Part shown: one piece after another, positions 45,825 through 54,464 of the stretch | Layout of the letters: every line of letters begins with the position of its first letter | Position numbering within the stretch: position 1 is the first letter of the stretch | Assembly (NCBI GenBank): GCA_030583685.1 | Contig: CP129470.1 | Location: forward strand, 84,345 to 148,344 | DNA length: 64,000 nucleotides | Direction of reading: 5' to 3' | DNA from: Candidatus Dojkabacteria bacterium | Lineage (GTDB): Bacteria > Patescibacteriota > Dojkabacteria > GCA-002793355 | Program-made: the position numbers and the translations under genes | The notes under the pieces: model-generated | What the model saw: the letters and a program-made list of their open reading frames with translations, nothing else | Databases searched by the model: none | What the model was told of the DNA's origin: nothing

Positions 45825-46823
45825 ATGCAAAACCCTCAATACAAAATTACAGAAGAACAACAACGAGCAGAGCTCACTTCACGAATTCCCCCAATTGTAA
45901 ACGTAAATATTTTAGTACAAAAAGAAGGAAAGCTTTTGCTTGGAAAAAAATATGAAAAGGATATTCCTTATTGGCTAACTCCCGGAGGGAGAATGAAATG
46001 GACCGAAACGCCAGAAGAAACAGCTATGAGAATACTCAAAACCGAAACGCCAGGGCTTACGGCAAGTGTCAAAAAATTAATTTCTGTTGTTTCGGATAAA
46101 GGGTGGGATTATAGAGCACATGGTGTCACTATCTACTATCTGTGTGATTATATTTCTGGAGAACCAAGACCTAACGAACAGCTCCAAGAATTTACGTGGA
46201 TGAGTCGAGAGGAGTTTATATCAAATCAAAATATTTACAATCTAGATCAATACCTCGCAAAAGAGATAGACGTTGCCATACGAGGCATGAATATCTCTGA
46301 AGATGAAATACTGGTAGAAGTTGACAAAAATGACATTGCTCTGGGAAGTTTAACAAAAAAAGAAGCACACCGGTCTCCTGAACGTTTTCATAGAAGTGCA
46401 CATCTTATGGTATTTACGAGCAAAGGAGATGTTGTATTACAACAAAGAAATCATAACAAAATGACCGCTCCTGGGAAGTGGGATATGGCTGGAGGACATC
46501 AAGTCCTCGGGCAAAGTATTGAGCAGTGTGCTGCATCAGAATTAGCTGAGGAACTTGGTATAACTATTCCCCTTCAATTCATCCGTAAAGGTCTCTACCA
46601 AGATGAATTTCAATCAGAATTCTATTATTTGTATGCAGGCATTTCAGATGGACCATTTGGTTTCGATAAGAATGAAGTTGCACAAGTGAAAGTTTTTAAT
46701 TGTAAGCAGTTGCTGAACAAAGGATGTCCAGAAGCAACAGAAGTGCTCCCCCATGTGTATGCGTACCTTGATGAGCTCCGCTCATTTTGGGAACCCCTCA
46801 CGCTTAGTGATACAATACCCTAA
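45825..46823 (+). CDS. Tandem NUDIX-fold protein; the C-terminal half is isopentenyl-diphosphate isomerase (type 1)-like
   Basis: N-terminal Nudix-like 'GGRMKWTETPEETAMRILKTETPG'. C-terminal 'HRSAHLMVFTSKGDVVLQQRNHNKMTAPGKWDMAGGHQVLGQSIEQCAASELAEELGI' resembles the IDI/Nudix core. Confidence 0.55.
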   Translation: MQNPQYKITEEQQRAELTSRIPPIVNVNILVQKEGKLLLGKKYEKDIPYWLTPGGRMKWTETPEETAMRILKTETPGLTASVKKLISVVSDKGWDYRAHGVTIYYLCDYISGEPRPNEQLQEFTWMSREEFISNQNIYNLDQYLAKEIDVAIRGMNISEDEILVEVDKNDIALGSLTKKEAHRSPERFHRSAHLMVFTSKGDVVLQQRNHNKMTAPGKWDMAGGHQVLGQSIEQCAASELAEELGITIPLQFIRKGLYQDEFQSEFYYLYAGISDGPFGFDKNEVAQVKVFNCKQLLNKGCPEATEVLPHVYAYLDELRSFWEPLTLSDTIP

Positions 46824-46824
46824 T

Positions 46825-47901
46825 ATGCTACGCGCGATCTTTCGTTTTCTCTACAAGACTTTATTAAAACCCATCCTCTTTTTATTCGATCCCGAGACAG
46901 ATCACGATTTGTTCACAAAAATTGGAGAGTTTTTTGGAAAGTATTCACTTTCTCGAAAGGTAGTTCGCGCAATTTATGGATACCACGGACCTGATATCAG
47001 CAAAACCGTCGATGGTATTCATTATAGAACGCCGATTTTGCTCTCTGCAGGCTTCGACTACAACGGGAGACTTCCTGCAATACTTCCAAGTCTCGGATTT
47101 GGAGGAGCTGAAATTGGTTCGGTCACATTACGCCCTTGTGAAGGAAATGAGAAACCTCGACTTGGTCGAGCTCTCAAATCAAAAAGTTTAATTGTCTGGA
47201 AAGGGTTAAGAAATGACGGAGTCGACACAATTATTTCTCGGATTAACAGTAAAAAACAGCAAATTCCAGAGGATTTTGTCCTTGGAATAAGCATCGCACG
47301 AACAAACGACCAACAAACAGCAACGCTTGATGAGGGAATTGCAGACTATTGTGGCTCATATCAAAAACTTGTTACGGCAAATGTTGGCGACTATTATACG
47401 ATTAATATTTCCTGTCCAAATGCGTTTGGCGGAGAAACTTTTGCAGAAAAAAGCCGACTTGATGCGTTATTGTCGAAACTATCCGTCATTCGTGACAGTA
47501 AGCCACTCTACATTAAATTTCCTATAAATCCTCCCTGGGAAGAAATAAAGGAATTACTTGATGTCTGTATCAGACATCAAGTTCAAGGAGTAATCATTGG
47601 CAATTTGAACAAAAATTACGATGACTTGGATTATAGAGAAGAGGCCCCTGCCGAGTTTCGAGGAGGTCTCAGCGGAAAACCTTGTCGCGTACTATCAACC
47701 GAATTAATTCGAAAGACTCGGGAATATGTTGGAAAAAGTTTAACCATCATTGGAGTTGGCGGTATTCTGACACCCCAAGACGCACATGAAAAAATTGATG
47801 CAGGTGCAGATCTGGTGATGTTGATTACCGGAATGATTATGGAAGGCCCTCATCTGATTAGCGACATTGCAGATTCTCTTGCTTTGAGAAACAAGGTATA
47901 A
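46825..47901 (+). CDS. pyrD: Dihydroorotate dehydrogenase (class 2-like, membrane-associated)
   Basis: Start at 'MLRAIFRFLYKTLL'. 'PILLSAGFDYNGRL', 'IGSVTLRPCEGN', C-terminal 'GVGGILTPQDAHEKIDAGADLVMLITGMIMEGPHLI'. Confidence 0.7.
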   Translation: MLRAIFRFLYKTLLKPILFLFDPETDHDLFTKIGEFFGKYSLSRKVVRAIYGYHGPDISKTVDGIHYRTPILLSAGFDYNGRLPAILPSLGFGGAEIGSVTLRPCEGNEKPRLGRALKSKSLIVWKGLRNDGVDTIISRINSKKQQIPEDFVLGISIARTNDQQTATLDEGIADYCGSYQKLVTANVGDYYTINISCPNAFGGETFAEKSRLDALLSKLSVIRDSKPLYIKFPINPPWEEIKELLDVCIRHQVQGVIIGNLNKNYDDLDYREEAPAEFRGGLSGKPCRVLSTELIRKTREYVGKSLTIIGVGGILTPQDAHEKIDAGADLVMLITGMIMEGPHLISDIADSLALRNKV

Positions 47902-47907
47902 TGGCAC

Positions 47908-49431
47908 ATGTACTTGGTTCACGCAGATGATATTCAACTTACCGCAGGCACAAAAATTCTTTTGAGTCACGTATCGTTCTCGTTACAACCCAAAGAAAAA
48001 ATTGGACTTGTCGGAAAGAATGGAACTGGTAAATCGACCTTGCTCAAAACAATTTCACAACAAAAAAGGCCAAGAAAAGGTGAAATTGATGTCCAAACGA
48101 ACCCTTATTATGTTCCCCAAGAAATTGAACTCTCACCACGTGATAAAGAGAAGTTAGTCATCTCATACCTTCTCGAACAACATGAAGAGGGCTGGAATGT
48201 GTTTTATCTTATAGAAAAACTGTTTGATTACCATGCAATTACTGCAGAAAAACAGCTAGGTCACCTGAGCGGCGGAGAGTTGAAGATGCTGTTCCTTGCT
48301 CTTGCCTTACTGATAGAACCAGAACTCTTACTTCTTGACGAACCAACAAACCACTTAGACACCGTGGCAACAACAGCACTCATAAAAGCAATCAAAGAAT
48401 ATCGTCATGCAGTTGTGGTTATTTCACACGATTCGTACTTTCTCGATGAAACTGTACAAAGAATCTTTGAAATTCGAGACCAAAAACTTCATAAATTTAC
48501 CGGCAACTACTCCTCATTTGTTTTACAGAAACGTCATGAACGAGAGGTACTCATAAGAAAGGCACGTGTTCATGAGAAAGAAATTGCCTCCTCAAAAGCA
48601 AGAAAGCAACAGGTTTCTGAACGAATTATGCGTAGAGAAGCAGATGAAAAAAAATATGCCTCCAAAGGCGTTCCGAAAATAATGCGCGGCTTCTTTATTG
48701 ATAAGGCAGGACGTTCAACGACCAACGACATGGCAAAAGCAAAACAAGCAGAGCAGGCACAGAAAGCAGAGTTACAGGAGATTCGTGAACAATTAAAGAA
48801 GACACAAACCCTGAATATTGAACTGGGTACCGCAGATACACAGGTCTATTCACTCGTCGATATCGAGCAGGCAACAGTTGTCGCGGATACTGTTAAGATC
48901 GTTGAGAACATAACGTTACGGGTTACAAACGAAGACACCATCCTCTTGAAGGGTAGGAATGGATCAGGAAAATCTTCTCTCTTAAAAGCAATTCATCAAT
49001 CTTCCCAATATCAACTCCAGTCACTTCACAAACCAATTCTTCCGAAACGGTCCCTTTATATTGATCAACACTACTCGTTAATTGATCCAGATAAAACAGT
49101 CATGACACATATTGCCCAAGAGGCGCCAACGCACGACTATGAAGAACTCCGAAAGGTACTCGGAAATTTTCTCTTTACCACCGACTTACAGGTAAATGCA
49201 CTTGCACAAACGTTAAGTGGAGGAGAGAAAGCAAGGCTCGCTATTGCTATGGCGTCGGTATCACCAAGGACACTTCTTTTATTGGATGAGCCAACAAACA
49301 ATCTCGATACTGAAAGCGTTGATGAACTAATCCTCGCGTTACAGACATATGTCGGGGGAGTAATAATCGTTTCGCACGACCTTGGGTTCATCAAAAGTAT
49401 TGCGTGGACACAACAAATTGAACTCCCATAG
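47908..49431 (+). CDS. ABC-F family ATPase (tandem ABC domains, no TMD)
   Basis: Two Walker A motifs ('GLVGKNGTGKSTLLK', 'LLKGRNGSGKSSLLK'). Signature 'LSGGE' twice. Charged inter-domain linker. Confidence 0.8.
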   Translation: MYLVHADDIQLTAGTKILLSHVSFSLQPKEKIGLVGKNGTGKSTLLKTISQQKRPRKGEIDVQTNPYYVPQEIELSPRDKEKLVISYLLEQHEEGWNVFYLIEKLFDYHAITAEKQLGHLSGGELKMLFLALALLIEPELLLLDEPTNHLDTVATTALIKAIKEYRHAVVVISHDSYFLDETVQRIFEIRDQKLHKFTGNYSSFVLQKRHEREVLIRKARVHEKEIASSKARKQQVSERIMRREADEKKYASKGVPKIMRGFFIDKAGRSTTNDMAKAKQAEQAQKAELQEIREQLKKTQTLNIELGTADTQVYSLVDIEQATVVADTVKIVENITLRVTNEDTILLKGRNGSGKSSLLKAIHQSSQYQLQSLHKPILPKRSLYIDQHYSLIDPDKTVMTHIAQEAPTHDYEELRKVLGNFLFTTDLQVNALAQTLSGGEKARLAIAMASVSPRTLLLLDEPTNNLDTESVDELILALQTYVGGVIIVSHDLGFIKSIAWTQQIELP

Positions 49432-49444
49432 GGTATAATCAAGT

Positions 49445-49861
49445 ATGACACTCGAACAGATTGGAGAGCTTGTCCTCACGTATGCAAAAAACAACTCACC
49501 CGCTATTTTTACACTTTCTGGAGAGTTAGGTGCTGGTAAAACATTCTTCGTTAACCATGTAGCTCAAAAAATGGGTTACCAAAAGAAACTACCGAGCCCC
49601 ACTTTCACCTTCCTTCAGGAATATTCACTCGACTGGAATGACAAAACGGTGTTGGTTCACTGCGATTTCTATCGGATCGAAGAAGGAAAGGAGGACTCAG
49701 TCCTTGAGCAAATTGGGTTTTGGGATTATCTCTTACCCAAAAACATCATCTTTATTGAGTGGCCAGAACGAGCACAGAAATTGCTGCAGAACCTCCCCTT
49801 ACAAGCAATACATATAACTTTGGACCTCCAGACAAATGAACGAAACTACGAAATCGCATAG
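49445..49861 (+). CDS. tsaE: tRNA threonylcarbamoyladenosine biosynthesis ATPase TsaE
   Basis: 'IFTLSGELGAGKTFFVNHVAQ', 'PSPTFTFLQEY', 'VHCDFYRI' are hallmarks of the YjeE family. Confidence 0.8.
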   Translation: MTLEQIGELVLTYAKNNSPAIFTLSGELGAGKTFFVNHVAQKMGYQKKLPSPTFTFLQEYSLDWNDKTVLVHCDFYRIEEGKEDSVLEQIGFWDYLLPKNIIFIEWPERAQKLLQNLPLQAIHITLDLQTNERNYEIA

Positions 49862-50447
49862 CTTTATTTTCATCCAAACAGTTCTACGCCCGATGTATGT
49901 TTGTAGTCTTTTTCAAACCGATTTTTCGGGGAACAAGGTTGACGATTTCCAAGGAGTCTTTCATGCGCTCTCAAAATTGCATCTCGACAGTGAAACTCTT
50001 GTTGTTGTCACCAGAGGTCCAGGTTCTTACGCTGGAATTAGAACAGCAATTGCGTACGCATACGGATTGCTCCACGGGAGTGCGCTCGCACAAAATCAAT
50101 TAAAAAGTGTTACCTCTTTTGACATACTCAGAGCAGGAACCAACCACCTTGGCCCTATATACGAGAAAGCATGGCCTCGACTCCAAAATGGTGCAGCCAA
50201 AGGCTCAAAAGGATATTTTCAGCCAACACAACACGCGGATATATCGTACACAACCTGGGAAACAGTTCAAAAGAAAGAAGAGCTTCTCTTGGTTTCTGCT
50301 GAAAAGATTTCTGATTATTCTGGAGAACAAAGTCAGTATGAAGATATTTTATGTGATGCTGCGACCTATCGGTCACTTGCAGCAAATCACAGCTCGTTTA
50401 GCACGTCGCTTGAGCCGTTATATATAAATCCGGTTCACATTTCGTGA
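49836..50447 (+). CDS. tsaB: TsaB (YeaZ), inactive Kae1 paralog of the t6A pathway
   Basis: 'VVTRGPGSYAGIRTAIAYAYGL' is the YeaZ core. The N-terminus is unusual, and the true start may be the Met at 49893. Confidence 0.6.
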   Translation: MNETTKSHSFIFIQTVLRPMYVCSLFQTDFSGNKVDDFQGVFHALSKLHLDSETLVVVTRGPGSYAGIRTAIAYAYGLLHGSALAQNQLKSVTSFDILRAGTNHLGPIYEKAWPRLQNGAAKGSKGYFQPTQHADISYTTWETVQKKEELLLVSAEKISDYSGEQSQYEDILCDAATYRSLAANHSSFSTSLEPLYINPVHIS

Positions 50448-51643
50448 TGCAACGGGTCGCAATTGTTTATGATTATCTTCCATCATTAGGGGGCGGAGGA
50501 GAGCGGTTACTCGAAGAACTCGTGAATCATTTTTCTGGAAACGTAGACCTCTATTTCGGGTTTACGGTAGAAAGCGCGTATTCTCGCGGATATTTAGAAA
50601 GAATAAGGAATAAAATTGGAAAAAATCACCTCCATCTTGGTCCCTCAGTTCGCTTCTTCAAGTCGATTTCGTTTAGACTATGTAATTATTTACTCCCTCA
50701 GCTTCTACAGAGCCTCAACCTACAACACTATGACCTTGTGATTAGCCTTACCGCATTTTTGGGACATAGTATTAAACCTCCGGTTCATGGAAAACATATT
50801 ATCTACTTCAATACACCAGCTCGATTTCTTTGGAATCTTACCCATACACAGACCTTTCTCAAAAAGATTACCGGAAAGTTTCTTGTTACAGATGTTATGA
50901 AGTATCGGTCACAATTGTATGATTTGTCTGGGGTTCATCGAACTCGTCACCTGTTGTCGATTTCTCGTGCAGTGCAAAATCGAGTTTCTAGTTTCTACAA
51001 CCTCCCTTCAAGAATTCTTTACCCAGCTTCTGTTCCGGCTGCACTGCTTTCTCAAGAGCTTATGTCTCCAGCTCTCAGAGAGCAATTAGGAAATTATTAC
51101 ACTCACATTTCCCGCATTGAAAGCTATAAAAACATCGACCTTGCGCTTGACACATGGAAGCATTTTGGTATCCAAACACCGCTCGTCATCATGGGAGATG
51201 GTCCCTACATGAAAACGATGTCGAAAAAACTCAGAAAAATGTACGGAAAACCAACCCCTCTGACACTTCAAGGTGTATCTCATGAATGTAACTCCTATGG
51301 CCCAATTATTTTGACAGGTCTGATACCAGAAGAGAAGAAATTTGTTCTTCTGGCAACGGCCTCGGCAAAACTATCACTTAACGATGAAGATTTTGGTATC
51401 ACGAAAGTAGAAGCACTTGCCACAGGAACACCAGTCATAGCACTTGCCGCTGGTGCAGCTCCAGAACTTATATCGCATGAACAGAATGGCATTCTCTTCT
51501 CTGAGGCGACTCCAGAACATCTCTACAACGCGCTCATCTTGCATGAAAGTACTCACTATAAAAGAACTGCCATCAAGCAAAGCGCAAAAGCCTTTACGGT
51601 TGAGGCATTTCACCTCAATTTAGAAAGGTTACTGCATGCGTGA
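50444..51643 (+). CDS. GT4-family glycosyltransferase
   Basis: 'MMQRVAIVYDYLPSLGGGGERLLEEL' N-terminus. C-terminal 'EDFGITKVEALATGTPVIALAAGAAPELISHEQNGILF'. Confidence 0.7.
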   Translation: MMQRVAIVYDYLPSLGGGGERLLEELVNHFSGNVDLYFGFTVESAYSRGYLERIRNKIGKNHLHLGPSVRFFKSISFRLCNYLLPQLLQSLNLQHYDLVISLTAFLGHSIKPPVHGKHIIYFNTPARFLWNLTHTQTFLKKITGKFLVTDVMKYRSQLYDLSGVHRTRHLLSISRAVQNRVSSFYNLPSRILYPASVPAALLSQELMSPALREQLGNYYTHISRIESYKNIDLALDTWKHFGIQTPLVIMGDGPYMKTMSKKLRKMYGKPTPLTLQGVSHECNSYGPIILTGLIPEEKKFVLLATASAKLSLNDEDFGITKVEALATGTPVIALAAGAAPELISHEQNGILFSEATPEHLYNALILHESTHYKRTAIKQSAKAFTVEAFHLNLERLLHA

Positions 51644-52310
51644 ATATGTCAGCGGATTGTTTCTCATTGTTGACTCGCGAAAATATACCGATGATATTGC
51701 GTTTATCGGTATTTCTCCGTTTGAAGGTCAGCAAACCATTATTAGTAAAGGCGGAAACAGAGAAAATAGCAGGAGAGGAAAAGCACTCGATATTGGAAAC
51801 GCTTTAAAAGCAAAACTATACAAAAGACACCACTACTATCTGACTGAGGCCGACATTGTTGAGTCATTTTCCTTTCTGAAAAGTGATTTGACAACAATCG
51901 TTTTATTTCAAATACTTCTTGCCGTTCTACGCCATACCTATTATCTTCCTGAGCGAAAGTTTTTCTTTTCCGTCTTTCAATCCTTACTTGAATTAGATCA
52001 ATCACGAGATTTAGAACGTGCCGAGCTCGGAGTATTTCTGATCATTATGAAAATTTTGAATTATTATGACATTCTTGAGTTTCCCCTGACATGCCAAGTT
52101 TGTCATAAGAATATTTATCACGGAAGCTTTGATTATTTAGGTTTCTCTTGCGACGAACATGCAACAAATAACACAGGCACTTCGTTTTCTCTTTTTACCA
52201 ATGAGCAACGAGTTGCGTTCCTTGAAACAATCCTACGAGATTTACTCGGAATAACCATTACGTTTAATCCTGAACTTCCTTTTTCTTCAACAAAAAAACA
52301 CGCGCATTAA
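51636..52310 (+). CDS. recO: RecO-like DNA repair protein (putative)
   Basis: OB-like N-terminus ('GLFLIVDSRKYTDDIAFIGISPFEGQQTIISKGG'). Helical middle. C-terminal Cys4 finger 'CQVCHK...FSCDEH'. Assignment is tentative. Confidence 0.45.
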   Translation: MREYVSGLFLIVDSRKYTDDIAFIGISPFEGQQTIISKGGNRENSRRGKALDIGNALKAKLYKRHHYYLTEADIVESFSFLKSDLTTIVLFQILLAVLRHTYYLPERKFFFSVFQSLLELDQSRDLERAELGVFLIIMKILNYYDILEFPLTCQVCHKNIYHGSFDYLGFSCDEHATNNTGTSFSLFTNEQRVAFLETILRDLLGITITFNPELPFSSTKKHAH

Positions 52311-53439
52311 AGCCAAGCGCAAAAAGAAGGAACCCTCCCAGAACTGCTGCAACAGAAGAGACAGGAAAGACATCTGCAGAAACGCCAACAAGATATATGA
52401 TTGCTGCGTACGGTAAACTTTTGAGCATTGCAAACGTTGATAATGCCGTCGCACGATATTTTGAGTCAATAAATTGATTAATAATTGCAGAGGTTTCGTT
52501 TTCAATAACAGGGGTCACAATATTTCTCAGCAAAATGGTCACTCCTCCCAAAACGAGACCAACAAATGGCGATACGAGTAAACTCACGAGGAGTATTCCT
52601 GCTGCTCCAAAGTATAAAAAATACTCGGGCACTTTTTTGTGCATTTTTTCCGCAATCACAGAGGAGGCTGCACCAACTAGTGACACAATCGACGCGAGTA
52701 TACCTAATTGTACCTCCGTAAATCCAAAACCTACTGCCAACATGTCGTTTAACCCTTCATACGTAATCAAGGTAACCAAAACGACAGAAAGCAGTGCCAC
52801 TGTCTTTGCTGAGATTCCTGCTGATGCAAACAATTGTTTCGCTCCGTAGAAATTTTGCTTCAGATAGTTCTTCAGGGTGAATTTTTCAGTATCGATTTTT
52901 GGCTCAGCCAAAAAGGGAATAAAGAATAATCCAGAAAGATTTACTAACCCGACCAGTAAGTAAGGAAAAGAGTTGTTTTCTGCATAGAGAAAGCCTCCGA
53001 TAACGCCTACAACAGAAAGTGTTAGTAATCGAATCGCTGTTAATCGTGAGACAACTTTTCTGTACAGAGTTTCTTTTCCATTCTCCTTTAACGTGTCGTA
53101 GGCAAGGGCCTCAAACGTACCAGACCGCAATGCTCCCCCAAAATTGAGGAGGATCAACGCCCCAATCAAATGAAAAATACTCGTTGCAAATCCTGTCCAA
53201 AGGTGAGCGATCCCAGCAAACAGATATGCCAAAAACAACGTTTTCTTCTTTCCAAGCAAATCTCCAATTGCCCCAGTTGGTAACTCAAAAAGAAGTACTG
53301 ACACAATCATCACCGTTTCGAGTAAACCAACAGCGGCGAATCCCCCAAATTTCATATAATATAACACCCAGATTCCTAGCCAGAACCACGCGTAATAACA
53401 AATTTCAAGGACATAAAGTAGTTTAATAGTCCGTGGCAT
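52264..53439 (-). CDS. MFS transporter
   Basis: 12 predicted TM helices. MFS motif A 'GAIGDLLGKKKT' in loop 2-3. Confidence 0.65.
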   Translation of the reverse strand: MPRTIKLLYVLEICYYAWFWLGIWVLYYMKFGGFAAVGLLETVMIVSVLLFELPTGAIGDLLGKKKTLFLAYLFAGIAHLWTGFATSIFHLIGALILLNFGGALRSGTFEALAYDTLKENGKETLYRKVVSRLTAIRLLTLSVVGVIGGFLYAENNSFPYLLVGLVNLSGLFFIPFLAEPKIDTEKFTLKNYLKQNFYGAKQLFASAGISAKTVALLSVVLVTLITYEGLNDMLAVGFGFTEVQLGILASIVSLVGAASSVIAEKMHKKVPEYFLYFGAAGILLVSLLVSPFVGLVLGGVTILLRNIVTPVIENETSAIINQFIDSKYRATALSTFAMLKSLPYAAIIYLVGVSADVFPVSSVAAVLGGFLLFALGFNARVFLLKKKEVQD

Positions 53440-53441
53440 GA

Positions 53442-54413
53442 TTATTCGACCAAATTACTTGCATACCCAGCAATGACACTCGCATTATCAGTGCAATACT
53501 TTCTATTTGGAATAAACAATTCGCAGGTAATTTCTTTTTCGGCAAAATAAGAAAACAGAACATCAGCCAATCGCTGGCTTGCAGCAACACCTCCGCCAAC
53601 AACCAATTGCGTATAGCCCGTTTGTTTCAAGGCTTTCTCAACTTTTTGGGCAAGATGAAGAAACGCCACTCGCTGGAACGATGCTGCAACATCCGCAATA
53701 AAATATTTTTTATAGGTTTCATGCTGCTGTGCAAGTTCCTTCTCGACATGTGTTCGGACAGCTGTTTTCAACCCCGCAAAACTGAATTGCAATGAATCTT
53801 CTTTTTCAAGCGGAATAGGGAAAGGGACCGCAAGACTGTCACCAGTTTCTGCGATTCGTTCGATTTCTGGACCGCCAGGATAGGGGAGTCCGAGCAAAGA
53901 CGCAACCTTGTCAAAAGCTTCGCCGATTGCATCATCAAGAGTTTCACCAATAATTTCATATGAGGTAGGGGAATCAAACGTAACCAGCTGAGTATGACCT
54001 CCCGAAACAATAAGACCCAGAAACGGAAAGGTCGGCTTAGTTTCAAATTCTTTATCAATCCAGACACCCCAGATATGGGCAACTACATGATTGATTGGTA
54101 ATAATGGAACCGTGAGTGCCTTTGCCAATCCTGCTGCATAGGCTTCACCAACTTGGACTGCAGGTGGTAAGCCTACTTTTGAAGCAACTGCGACAGCATC
54201 AATGTCATACCCCTTAATCGCTGTCATAAAATTTGTTCCAAGTTTCTCAATATTTTTAACGTGCTCTCGTGCCCCTAACTCAGGAACAACACCACCATAC
54301 GGTGCATGTTTTGCTACTTGAGACATGGTCACTTCTGCCAACACAGTTGTTCCATTCTCCACAAGGGCAAAGGAAGTTTCGTCACAGGTCGTTTCGATTC
54401 CTAAAATCCGCAT
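53442..54413 (-). CDS. tsaD: tRNA N6-adenosine threonylcarbamoyltransferase TsaD (Kae1/YgjD)
   Basis: 'MRILGIETTCDETSFALV' start. Metal-binding His pair ('HVVAHIWGV') and 'LIVSGGHTQLV'. Confidence 0.9.
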   Translation of the reverse strand: MRILGIETTCDETSFALVENGTTVLAEVTMSQVAKHAPYGGVVPELGAREHVKNIEKLGTNFMTAIKGYDIDAVAVASKVGLPPAVQVGEAYAAGLAKALTVPLLPINHVVAHIWGVWIDKEFETKPTFPFLGLIVSGGHTQLVTFDSPTSYEIIGETLDDAIGEAFDKVASLLGLPYPGGPEIERIAETGDSLAVPFPIPLEKEDSLQFSFAGLKTAVRTHVEKELAQQHETYKKYFIADVAASFQRVAFLHLAQKVEKALKQTGYTQLVVGGGVAASQRLADVLFSYFAEKEITCELFIPNRKYCTDNASVIAGYASNLVE

Positions 54414-54464
54414 TCACCATTTTACCATGATTCCGATTCAGAATCGAGGAAAGAACCTTGGTTA

